Origin: a virus
IMG/VR virus record: IMGVR_UViG_3300042569_003487
Coordinates: 32,001 to 96,000 of that record
Strand: one strand, 5' to 3'
DNA: 64,000 bases
Under the pieces are notes generated by a model. That model had not been told where the DNA came from. It worked only from the letters and a program-made list of their open reading frames with translations, and ran no database searches. This document shows, in pieces, positions 1-8,915 of this stretch; position 1 is the first letter of the stretch; every line of letters begins with the position of its first letter. The position numbers were made by a program, and so were the translations under genes.

Positions 1-271
1 CAATTTCTCCCAATAGCATGTTATGATTTTGTAGAATAACGAAAGCTTCGTTTGGTCCAGTAAATTCAACACTATTTTTTAAGAAATTTCTCAACCACTT
101 AAGATCATCTTGCGTCATAGATGGAACATCAAAATGACCACGACGTTGTGCTTTAAGACTTTCGATTTCTGATAATTCTTGTTGAGGTTCAGTTACCTCG
201 GTAGATTGATCCATAATCTGATCAACTTGTTCTAAAATTTGCTCTTCTTGAGTTACAGTTTCGTTTGACAT
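1..271 (-). CDS. Hypothetical protein, truncated by window start (MSNETVTQEEQILEQVDQ...)
   Basis: ATG at 271 and frame open to the window edge; AAC-N16-GTATAA element upstream at 297-321; absent from the ORF track because it is partial. Confidence 0.75.
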   Translation of the reverse strand, partial: MSNETVTQEEQILEQVDQIMDQSTEVTEPQQELSEIESLKAQRRGHFDVPSMTQDDLKWLRNFLKNSVEFTGPNEAFVILQNHNMLLGEI

Positions 272-296
272 AAATATCTTTGTTTTTGTTAAGATA

Positions 297-324
297 TTAT
301 ACCAAACTCTATTCGATAGTTTCA
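297..324 (-). promoter_or_regulatory. Putative ECF-type promoter TGAAAC-N16-GTATAA
   Basis: Minus strand reads TGAAAC TATCGAATAGAGTTTG GTATAA, 25 nt upstream of ATG 271; the same spacing recurs at four other sites. Confidence 0.6.
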
Positions 325-791
325 ATTAAACGTTGAGCAATTATCTGTTGAGATCTTGATAATTTTTCAACTGCTTCTTGGAATGGAATAAATCCAGCCC
401 AATCTACCTCCTCGGCTTGTAGTTGTTCTTTAGGTAATTTAGGCGAATCGAGGCCAATTTGTTCAAGACTCTCAATGTGTACCTCAAAATAAGCGCAGCG
501 ACTGTGAGGAATACCGCGACGGTAAAATACAAAATATTTCTCATTTTTATCAATTAGTTCTGGATCTACCGTAACCCCGGTCTCTTCTCTAGTTTCACGA
601 ATTGCGCAAGTTAAAAGATCTTCACCTAGTTCAATTCCTCCTTTAGGAATTCCAAAAGGTTGATTTTTCCAACTTGCATTTGATGGATGAATTAATAAAA
701 GCTTTCCTTCCCAGATAATAGCGAGGCCGGCTGCTCTAATTTCAAGCTGCTTTTCGCTTTCTGCTAAATAGTCTGTGAAGGTAAAAATCAT
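309..791 (-). CDS. NUDIX hydrolase
   Basis: Nudix box GGIELGEDLLTCAIRETREETGV (GX5EX7REUXEEXGU). Confidence 0.92.
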   Translation of the reverse strand: MIFTFTDYLAESEKQLEIRAAGLAIIWEGKLLLIHPSNASWKNQPFGIPKGGIELGEDLLTCAIRETREETGVTVDPELIDKNEKYFVFYRRGIPHSRCAYFEVHIESLEQIGLDSPKLPKEQLQAEEVDWAGFIPFQEAVEKLSRSQQIIAQRLIETIE

Positions 792-982
792 TTATTATTT
801 ACATCTCGCTTTTTTTGAATGTACTTTGCTTTATTAATTTCAGAACGACGCTTTACACTAGGCTTTTCGAATTCTTTACGGTCACGTAAGTTTTGTAATT
901 GCTTAGTGTCAATAACCTTTCGCTTAAGTATTTTTAGAGCTCGCTCTAATGAGTCTGAATTTTTTATATCAATAATTAGCAT
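788..982 (-). CDS. rpsU: Phage-encoded 30S ribosomal protein bS21 (Bacteroidota type)
   Basis: MLIIDIKNSDSLERALKILKRK...LRDRKEFEKPSVKRR...KAKY matches the bS21 signature; likely start is ATG 982 rather than 1012. Confidence 0.92.
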   Translation of the reverse strand: MLIIDIKNSDSLERALKILKRKVIDTKQLQNLRDRKEFEKPSVKRRSEINKAKYIQKKRDVNNK

Positions 983-986
983 TAAC

Positions 987-2597
987 TTAAATTTGTTTAA
1001 AGTCAACATCAATTAAATCATAATTAACTGAATAAAAATCATCTTCTAGGATTACCGCAGATTCAAATTTTGTTCCAATTAATTCTTGGGCCATTACCCC
1101 TTGATAATATCCCTCTTTATCTTTATATTTAAATGAATAAATGTTTAGACCGCTTTCTGACGTACCTATTAAATTAATATCGTCCTTTAGTCTAGAGTCC
1201 GACATAATTCCACCAACGGCTGGGTCATTGGGGTTAGATTGAGTAACTTTTGCTGGTGCAGCTGGTATGCTACTTAGAGCCTTTTCTAAAACATCTCCAC
1301 CTAATGCATTCAAATCTGATACAGCCTTAAACCAAGCCTCATCGCCAGAACCCTTTCCACCATCTGCTTCAAGCGCACTAATCGGAAAAGACTTTCCATT
1401 TGTCGATTGGAGTGGAGAAATATATTTTTCATAAGTCGACTTCCACTCTGAACTAACTTCTCCTAATATGTAATCGCTTAGACTTAAACTATTTGGAATA
1501 TTAATACCAGCAGTTTTAGCATAACCGTTAAGAGTATTTAGAGCAGATTGTCTTAGTCCTATTAATATTGCATAAAATGCTTGGGCTTCAGATGTATCAA
1601 AATTTGTACTGGACATGGCCTTTTCTACTTTATATGAGATGTAGTCATAACCAGAGGTAAATGTTGCATCCTTTGCAGGATCTCCTTTCTTACCTACTAC
1701 AGAATTACCTAAGTCTGCGATTGAGGCAAATGGCACAGAATCTATTCCGGGCGCAAACTGTGAATATATTTTATTTGTAACTGGCCAATACCCAGCTGTG
1801 TATTTACGAAGTGAGCTAGCATCAATTGTCATATCTTTTTTATTAATAAAGCCAGCCGGCTTAGTAAACACTTCGTAACCTTTACTTTCTAATTTGGTTT
1901 TAATTAAAGAGTATAGAGCCGGGCTCTCTGTTTTTAAATTAAACATTCTCATATAAAAATACCAAGATAGGTTGATACTTCTTCTTGAAAAGGAAGATAC
2001 TACTGCATTTAATTCAAGCTCACTACTTGGAACAACGCTTACATTAGTCTTTTCAATTTTACCGGTTGCTAAATCTATAATCTCAGACTGTCCGCCCAGT
2101 CCAGTTATTGTAAGCTTGCCGCTACCAATTGTATAAGTTCCACTATACAAATACGGAATATCCGTTGCAGACTTTTTCCAGTGAACTATTACTTCCTGTC
2201 CGCCTTCTGTTTTAAAAATATATTCTTTATCAGTTTTAACTGGAGTTTTACTTGTAGGAGAATATACTTCTCCACCAGTCGAAGTCCATGCTACAGCCCA
2301 AGGCCAAGGTTCTTTAATAGTTTTATCTGTTCCAACTTTAACTCCATCTTGATCATGTAGAATACTGCCTGGTAATTTCAATAGAGATACCCACGGCTCC
2401 TTATCTTTAAGTTCAGAGCGAGTGTCAGTAGGAGCGGGATCAGTATCAGTATCTGTGTTAGTATCATCCTTTCTAGTTCTCCTCCCTTTACCGTCAGCTG
2501 GTTGTGTAGTTGGAGTAGTAATAGTTCCACTTTGAAGAGCGCTAAGATCAGGTGGACCTTGCTCTAATAAAATAGATATCGATTTAATTTTCTTCAT
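987..2597 (-). CDS. Putative virion/internal protein with C-terminal S74-like intramolecular chaperone domain
   Basis: C-terminal SDSRLK...IYSFKYK...QGVMAQE...YSVNY motif; N-terminal MKKIKSISILLE resembles a prohead-protease site. Confidence 0.6.
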   Translation of the reverse strand: MKKIKSISILLEQGPPDLSALQSGTITTPTTQPADGKGRRTRKDDTNTDTDTDPAPTDTRSELKDKEPWVSLLKLPGSILHDQDGVKVGTDKTIKEPWPWAVAWTSTGGEVYSPTSKTPVKTDKEYIFKTEGGQEVIVHWKKSATDIPYLYSGTYTIGSGKLTITGLGGQSEIIDLATGKIEKTNVSVVPSSELELNAVVSSFSRRSINLSWYFYMRMFNLKTESPALYSLIKTKLESKGYEVFTKPAGFINKKDMTIDASSLRKYTAGYWPVTNKIYSQFAPGIDSVPFASIADLGNSVVGKKGDPAKDATFTSGYDYISYKVEKAMSSTNFDTSEAQAFYAILIGLRQSALNTLNGYAKTAGINIPNSLSLSDYILGEVSSEWKSTYEKYISPLQSTNGKSFPISALEADGGKGSGDEAWFKAVSDLNALGGDVLEKALSSIPAAPAKVTQSNPNDPAVGGIMSDSRLKDDINLIGTSESGLNIYSFKYKDKEGYYQGVMAQELIGTKFESAVILEDDFYSVNYDLIDVDFKQI

Positions 2598-2616
2598 TTT
2601 AATAAAATTTTATTAT

Positions 2617-4287
2617 TTATGCCTTTTTATAATATTCAGTTCGGTAAAATGTAATAGCTTGTGCTAAATCATTATCCCATCCAAAGCCCTTTTTAACTAA
2701 ATCTATGTCAGCTTGGATTGGTCCAGTTATCGATCCGGTCTTTCTCTTAGACATGGCTAGTAAATCAGCGGCAGTTGGGACTCTATTTAAAGTCGGTTGG
2801 CCAGAAATAGGAGATTTAGTTTGTTTATCTAGTAAAATTAAACGTAAAATTCCAAGGGCCGAATGTATTCCAGTAAAGTTTGGCGTAAAAATCTTAGCTG
2901 TTCCATCTGCATTAAATGCACCAATGTTAGATGTATCAAATTCAAGAATAATATTTCCGGTGCTATCAGTTGCCTTCCATGCAGAGGCGTTCTTAAAAGA
3001 ATCTCCAGCCGCAGTAACTAAGCCTGATGAAAAGGTTGGGTGTAATTTATTATTTACAAATATATCTGCATCAGTATAACCAGTACCTTTTAAAATTTCA
3101 ATAAGTTCCTGTTCATTTTCGATGCTAGTTGGTCCAGCTAAGCGTGCTGTTTGCTTTTTCTTCTTTGCAGCCAGTGTAGCTTGATCCATAGCCGAACCTT
3201 GTCCAGCAGCAGGTTGACCCGAAGCAGGCTGTCCGCCTGCCGGTGCGGCAGAAGCAGCGGCTGTTACCGAATCAATAAAAGTTTTTAGTGTTGGATATGT
3301 ATCAGTTTCAACCTCTGATCTTGGAATTAGCCCGTTATTTACTGCATAAATTAACCAAACTGACATAATTGAAACCAATTGAGTTTTTGTTAGTTTATCT
3401 AAATCGTATGATGGACCAACTTTATAATCAGGATCTCCGGATTTATTTAAGATCTCAGTAAATGCAGACTTAATGTCAGGGGTATACGAATCAACTTGGC
3501 CTTTAACTAATGAATTTAGTGGACTTTGTGAACTAAAAAATTTACTAAGCACAAGCATAACTGGAGACATGTCTCCTATCTTAATTATTTCATTATCTTT
3601 TAGTAGTACATCTGGTGAAGCTGGATTTCTAAATGTACCATTGACGACTTTTGTAAAATACACCATACCGCCATTAGGTTTTCCACCAGGTCCGGCCTTT
3701 GGCATAATTGTATTTAATTCCATCATTGTAAGCTTGGAAGTAGATTGAGCCGAAGTTGTAGTTGAAGAAGTTGTAGAATTAGTTGAAGCTTTGCCAGAAG
3801 AATTTATAATATTTGCCAAATTTTGCTGGATTGACTCTCCGCTTTTTCTTGGCGTAGAAAGAACATGAAGGGCTGTAATATTATTTGAGCCAGTTTTTCC
3901 TAGTAATTGCTCTGGATTTACAGATTTTACCGAATCATCTGTTACATTTTTAAATATGTAAACGTGGCCCTCTATACGGTTTTTTCCTCCAAGAAGACCT
4001 GCCTTATTTGAAGGATCTGCTGAAATTCCAACGGCAGCTGGGCTAGACAAACTATTGATAGTTGTCTTGATTTGATTAGCATCGCCTTCAGTTGAATTTA
4101 TAATGTAATCTAAAATTGATTTAGGCGTAATAATTGAAGTAGACTTCTTAGGATAAGTATAAGAATATGCAAATCGCTTAGGCACAAGTCCATTTAATAA
4201 GTTATCTTCTGGACGACCTTCTAATTTAAATTTAACGTCTTCTTCTGCTTCAAGTATTAATTGGTTTAGACTAGTATAGTTTTTCAT
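2617..4287 (-). CDS. Hypothetical protein, putative internal head protein
   Basis: 556 aa ORF; N-terminus MKNYTSLNQLILE; S/T-rich and A/G/P-rich linkers. Confidence 0.5.
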   Translation of the reverse strand: MKNYTSLNQLILEAEEDVKFKLEGRPEDNLLNGLVPKRFAYSYTYPKKSTSIITPKSILDYIINSTEGDANQIKTTINSLSSPAAVGISADPSNKAGLLGGKNRIEGHVYIFKNVTDDSVKSVNPEQLLGKTGSNNITALHVLSTPRKSGESIQQNLANIINSSGKASTNSTTSSTTTSAQSTSKLTMMELNTIMPKAGPGGKPNGGMVYFTKVVNGTFRNPASPDVLLKDNEIIKIGDMSPVMLVLSKFFSSQSPLNSLVKGQVDSYTPDIKSAFTEILNKSGDPDYKVGPSYDLDKLTKTQLVSIMSVWLIYAVNNGLIPRSEVETDTYPTLKTFIDSVTAAASAAPAGGQPASGQPAAGQGSAMDQATLAAKKKKQTARLAGPTSIENEQELIEILKGTGYTDADIFVNNKLHPTFSSGLVTAAGDSFKNASAWKATDSTGNIILEFDTSNIGAFNADGTAKIFTPNFTGIHSALGILRLILLDKQTKSPISGQPTLNRVPTAADLLAMSKRKTGSITGPIQADIDLVKKGFGWDNDLAQAITFYRTEYYKKA

Positions 4288-4289
4288 AA

Positions 4290-6821
4290 TTATTTAAATA
4301 ATACATTTGGATTTACGTCCGCGCCAAAAAAGTTTGGCATATAAGACGGGTCTGCTTTTACTTTAGCTAATTCAGATTTAATCCAAGCAATTTCAGTTGG
4401 ATTTGGATATAAAGAAGGTTTTGAGAGTCTATCGGCATTTGCTGAAACCTTATTATAATAGCTTCCATATAAATCCATTAATGAATTAATTTTATTTACA
4501 ATAGAGCCTTCGTATGATATTTCTCCATTTTGAATTTGTGCTAAGTGATACCATAATCCTCTAACTCCAAGATCGGCATCGAGTCTAGCTTCTGCAATTA
4601 AATTAGGATCAGTTCCAGCATTAAATTCTACAAAAATTCCTTCCGTTGAATTATTTACTCTCGGTACACCAGTTTGATCTAGAACTTGATTAACTGCATC
4701 ATCATTAGCAGTTGCGCTCAATGGAGTAGCTCCAGTTATCTCTTGAATTTTAGAAGTATTATCACCATGTCCGCCGGTATCAGTCAAAGTTTGGGTCGCA
4801 GCTGCAGTGTCGATAACTTGAGCTGGAACACTTAAACAAATATCATTAAAGCTCTTAGGACCAATAATTGCAATAAGCTGTGTATCTGCAATCTTTTTGG
4901 TTTCAACTGCTACTTCCTTTTTTAATTCTTCAGTTTGGATAGTAACGTTTGTATTTTGTTCAACACTTCCCCAATTACTGAACTCTGAGCTAGCTTTAAA
5001 TTCATCTTCAGTTTTAGTAGCCTCTGCTAAAAATTCGTATTTGTATTTAATATACTTTAATCCTTCATTAAATTCTCCAAATCCTTTCTTATCAGCAGTC
5101 TTTTCTGGTCCAAACATTTTACCAAGATTACCAGTAAGAACGTTTGCGCCCTTTGCCATAAAACTAACTGGGCAACGCAATGCTGCGCCGATTAAATATT
5201 TTGCAGTAATAAGGCGGTTTCTATTAAATCTTCTTCTTACTAAAGCTATACCAAGATCTCCCAATTCATCTTGAAGTTTTGCAAATTTTGCAGCAGCTTG
5301 GGTTCCAGCCTCTGACAATTTAATTGCAATTTCAGGGTTTTTTGCAAATACTCTAAATAGTTGAGTTACGCCTGGGCCAGCATCATTTAATACTTTGACT
5401 GTTTCTGGGTGGCTTACTAACCAACCAAAAAATTTCTTAATATTTTCGGGATCGTCCTTTAAAGTTTTAAAAATATCTGCTGATAGACTTGTACCCTTTC
5501 CACCAACTGCTGCGGCTGACCAATATTTTGCAAGAACCTCTCCGCCAGCCTCATCTAATTTAAGAAGACCTTTTACAAACAATTTATTTGATTCCATTTC
5601 ATAATAAACAGCTCTCATTTCATTGTCTAGCATATCAAGCTCAGCTTTTTCAATGGGCTTTTTCAACTTTGATCTAAAATCGATAAGTTCATTTTTAAAT
5701 TTATCAAAGTTTGCATCAACTGCCTTTCTAAATAGGTCTGGATTGGAAGCCATTTCCTTAGTAAATGCAAGTTCTGAACTTGCAAGCATTTTTCTGAAAG
5801 GAACATGTTGAGCAATATCTCCAAATTTTCCAGCTGCAATTAACTCATCAATATTATCTGTAATTTTCGAAATATCTCCAGTCTTTATTAGAGATGCAAT
5901 ATCCTCGCCGCCTTTAAGTACGGTCTCGCCACCAAATTTTTCTAGATTTCTAGCAACTGGTGTGATTACTTCATCAACCCAAGAAATAAGTTTCTTTCCT
6001 AATGCAGTACTTCCACCAAATGTAAGCCAACTAATAGGAGGCATACTTAATATATGGCCAATTCCTAAAGCAATACCATGAAAAACTTTAAGCATAATTG
6101 TACCAACTGATGACATTCCATCTAATACAACCTTTGCACCAGAGTCTGTAGCAAGCTCAGCAATAAGTTTTTCTTCAGCTTTACCTGTTTTAATAATAGA
6201 TTCAAATGCTTTTTCTAATTTGGCTGCATTTTTACCGTATTTTACCGCTTTTGCTGCATCACCAATTCCAGGTAAAAACGCTGCAATTGCACTAATTCCT
6301 GCATCCAACCAGCGTCCTCTAAACATGTAAATTATAGCATTTAATCCATCTGCAACAACATCAATTGGAAATCCAAAGTATGATGCTGGAATAAATCCAA
6401 TTAAATCTAATAAGAATTGAAGAATGCCAATTGGCGAACTGTCTTCAGTTAACGCATTCCATAAACCAGCTAAAAAATCAACTACTCCTTCATTAATTGA
6501 AGTATATTCATCGATAATTCTAGTTATTTGGTAATTTGATTCAACGAAAAGATTTTCTCCAATAAGACCCTTAGCAAATAGAGTATGCTCGATTTGGGTA
6601 ATTTCAGACTGGTTAAATCCAACGCTTTCTAATGAAAGCTGATACTTTCTAAAATCTGCAGTATCGGTTGCAGTTTGTACGTCCTGAATTCGGATTGCAC
6701 AGTTTTCAATAATGTTAATAAGAGACTCTCCAAACTCATTAATAAATGATGATAATCTCTCCGCGTCCCCAGGGTTTAGTGATAATACAGATTCCCTAGA
6801 TTGAATATATTTTGATGCCAT
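4290..6821 (-). CDS. Large helical protein with pre-toxin TG (PT-TG)-like domain
   Basis: LDLIGFIP...VADGLNAIIY..RGRWLDAGISAIAAFLPGIGDAAKAVK segment; late-type ATAAATA upstream at 6845-6851. Confidence 0.6.
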   Translation of the reverse strand: MASKYIQSRESVLSLNPGDAERLSSFINEFGESLINIIENCAIRIQDVQTATDTADFRKYQLSLESVGFNQSEITQIEHTLFAKGLIGENLFVESNYQITRIIDEYTSINEGVVDFLAGLWNALTEDSSPIGILQFLLDLIGFIPASYFGFPIDVVADGLNAIIYMFRGRWLDAGISAIAAFLPGIGDAAKAVKYGKNAAKLEKAFESIIKTGKAEEKLIAELATDSGAKVVLDGMSSVGTIMLKVFHGIALGIGHILSMPPISWLTFGGSTALGKKLISWVDEVITPVARNLEKFGGETVLKGGEDIASLIKTGDISKITDNIDELIAAGKFGDIAQHVPFRKMLASSELAFTKEMASNPDLFRKAVDANFDKFKNELIDFRSKLKKPIEKAELDMLDNEMRAVYYEMESNKLFVKGLLKLDEAGGEVLAKYWSAAAVGGKGTSLSADIFKTLKDDPENIKKFFGWLVSHPETVKVLNDAGPGVTQLFRVFAKNPEIAIKLSEAGTQAAAKFAKLQDELGDLGIALVRRRFNRNRLITAKYLIGAALRCPVSFMAKGANVLTGNLGKMFGPEKTADKKGFGEFNEGLKYIKYKYEFLAEATKTEDEFKASSEFSNWGSVEQNTNVTIQTEELKKEVAVETKKIADTQLIAIIGPKSFNDICLSVPAQVIDTAAATQTLTDTGGHGDNTSKIQEITGATPLSATANDDAVNQVLDQTGVPRVNNSTEGIFVEFNAGTDPNLIAEARLDADLGVRGLWYHLAQIQNGEISYEGSIVNKINSLMDLYGSYYNKVSANADRLSKPSLYPNPTEIAWIKSELAKVKADPSYMPNFFGADVNPNVLFK

Positions 6822-6847
6822 TTAATAGTAAGGCCATTTTTCTTTAT

Positions 6848-7927
6848 TTATCTAAATGGAAACAGATTTGAAATACACTTAGAATAGATGGAAGCTCGGT
6901 CAGAAGGGCTAGAGTCTTTAAAAAATGCCAGAATTTCTTCTAATTTAACCAAATCTGTAAATCCAAGAGCTTCATGAATACGATAATCTTTATATGAGAC
7001 TGGAATCGCGCCAAATATAAGGCTTTCGTATACCCTGGCTGGATAAAATCCGCGTTCTACATAAAGATCCTTTGAAATATTTAAACTAATAGTTGAACTT
7101 GCATATTCATTCCAAATATCAAAACGATCGTATCGTTTAATTAATTTAATATGTCTTTCTGTAAACTCTTCTGCTAAAGTTGGGTCAAGCTTTCCAGCTA
7201 CTGATACCTCATATTTTTTTCCAGTAAATGATTTAAACTCTGCAGAATTTTTAATTGCATCAACTACAATTGGATTTTTTGCATGACCTGCTTTATAATT
7301 TCCAAATGAAATATTTCCATAATAAAAAATCTTATTGTTTCTATCAAAACGATCTGTTTCTTCTAACCAAACCTTTTCGCAGTCTTTAATAAAGGCCTTT
7401 GATATGTTTGGATAGTCTATTGATGGAATTTCAAATGAGATTCCTTGAGATTTGCAAAATTCCACAAACTCTGGTTCTAGTGAAAGATCTGTATCTAGTA
7501 TTACAACCTTATTTGCCTGGCCACTTTGAATCGCTGCTGTAATAATTAGTTCAAACTGCTTAGCATCAGTTAATTGTTTAGTTAAAGTTGAAAGATTTCT
7601 AAATCTAGCCTTTAGAAATATTTTTTCATATCGACCCTTTTCAATATTTTCCATAATTTTCGGAAAACTTAAATTGTAGGAACGAATTCTTTCTTTGGTA
7701 AATTTTTCAAAAACTGGCGTAACTGGGCTCTTTGGCCAAACTGGAGATTTTTGATCTGCTCCAATCGAATCATGTGATAAGTAGGAATAAAAATCGACTT
7801 TATCTACATGATGAGAAAGACATAATTGATCAATTAGACCAAGTTGATAAAATGTGTGACCTGGAATATCTGTTGAAAAATCACCTAGATATCCAAAATA
7901 TGCATATAATGCAGCTGGGGTATTCAT
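6848..7927 (-). CDS. GT-B fold glycosyltransferase (CgeB / T4 beta-glucosyltransferase-like)
   Basis: C-terminal FYYGN...SLNISK...PARVYESLIFGAIPV resembles the GT-B nucleotide-sugar binding lobe; start probably ATG 7927. Confidence 0.6.
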   Translation of the reverse strand: MNTPAALYAYFGYLGDFSTDIPGHTFYQLGLIDQLCLSHHVDKVDFYSYLSHDSIGADQKSPVWPKSPVTPVFEKFTKERIRSYNLSFPKIMENIEKGRYEKIFLKARFRNLSTLTKQLTDAKQFELIITAAIQSGQANKVVILDTDLSLEPEFVEFCKSQGISFEIPSIDYPNISKAFIKDCEKVWLEETDRFDRNNKIFYYGNISFGNYKAGHAKNPIVVDAIKNSAEFKSFTGKKYEVSVAGKLDPTLAEEFTERHIKLIKRYDRFDIWNEYASSTISLNISKDLYVERGFYPARVYESLIFGAIPVSYKDYRIHEALGFTDLVKLEEILAFFKDSSPSDRASIYSKCISNLFPFR

Positions 7928-7962
7928 ATTTTTATTATACAATAGTTTCATCATAAGATTAC

Positions 7963-7987
7963 AAAAAAGGCCGAGTTTCCTCGGCCT
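7963..7987 (-). terminator. Intrinsic terminator after the FkbM gene
   Basis: AGGCCGAG-GAAA-CTCGGCCT hairpin followed by a T-run on the minus strand. Confidence 0.85.
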
Positions 7988-8008
7988 GTAGGTCTAGATC
8001 AACTTAAA

Positions 8009-8827
8009 TTAACCTCTCTTTACTGCTGCAAAGTGAGTAATCCAAGTTTTAGTATTTTCAACATTAGGGCAAACATAAATGTCATCAAAATTTGCTCTAA
8101 AAATATCTAAGATTTCATTGAATTTTTCAACACGCCCTTTAGAAAGATTACGATAGTGGAAATGGTATTCAATAATAGCAATTCTGATATTTGACCAATC
8201 TTCTACAGATTTAATCAAATCGTATTCAGCGCCCTCTACATCCATTTTTAAGCAGGTTGCTTCTTTAAGGGCTTCGCTAAAGTTTTTAGCAGGAACTGTT
8301 ACTTGAGTACGACCTCTAACTGGAAGTAGTGAGTGTTTACCTGAATCCCAAGCTAAAAAGAAGTCTACATTTTTTGTATCATCGTTTGGTACAAGTGCAG
8401 CCTCAATCATTTCACAACGGTCAGCTACGCCATTTTCTCCAAGATTAAGTTCAGCAAACTCAATATTATTACGAAAAGGTTCATACGACAAAACTTTCTT
8501 AATTCTTGGAAACTGAGTTAGCAAACGAGTAGCAAACACTCCAATATGTCCACCTGCATCTAACCACACGTCTTCCTGATCTAAGTCTTCTAACTGAAAT
8601 TGATGACCATTAGTATTCCAATCGGTTCTAAATAATGGACTAAAGTATTCCCCGCCTGTAGCAGTTTTACTGATGTTTTGATTAATATTGTATTTAACTT
8701 CATCTTCTGAACGTACAAATAAACTGTAATTAAAATACGGTGTGTCTTTTTTGGTATGGATTAGGAGTCCGCGTTCTCTAGCTTCTTCTAGACTAATCAA
8801 TACGTCTGCTGTTTTCTGTTTTGCCAT
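8009..8827 (-). CDS. FkbM-family SAM-dependent methyltransferase
   Basis: WLDAGGHIG (motif I), SYEP and LKMDVEGAEY motifs. Confidence 0.88.
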   Translation of the reverse strand: MAKQKTADVLISLEEARERGLLIHTKKDTPYFNYSLFVRSEDEVKYNINQNISKTATGGEYFSPLFRTDWNTNGHQFQLEDLDQEDVWLDAGGHIGVFATRLLTQFPRIKKVLSYEPFRNNIEFAELNLGENGVADRCEMIEAALVPNDDTKNVDFFLAWDSGKHSLLPVRGRTQVTVPAKNFSEALKEATCLKMDVEGAEYDLIKSVEDWSNIRIAIIEYHFHYRNLSKGRVEKFNEILDIFRANFDDIYVCPNVENTKTWITHFAAVKRG

Positions 8828-8854
8828 GTTACTACTTTAAGTATGTTTAGATTA

Positions 8855-8881
8855 TTATACTAATAAAAAAGCCCGAGTTAC
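8855..8881 (-). promoter_or_regulatory. Putative ECF-type promoter GTAAC-N16-GTATAA
   Basis: The -35 AAC lies in the loop/stem of the upstream terminator; the -10 element ends 27 nt upstream of ATG 8827. Confidence 0.55.
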
Positions 8882-8889
8882 CTCGGGCT
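8865..8889 (-). terminator. Intrinsic terminator
   Basis: GCCCGAG-GTAA-CTCGGGC hairpin plus T6, nearly identical to the hairpin at 7963-7987. Confidence 0.85.
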
Positions 8890-8915
8890 CTAAAAATATT
8901 TAAAATATTAAAAAA

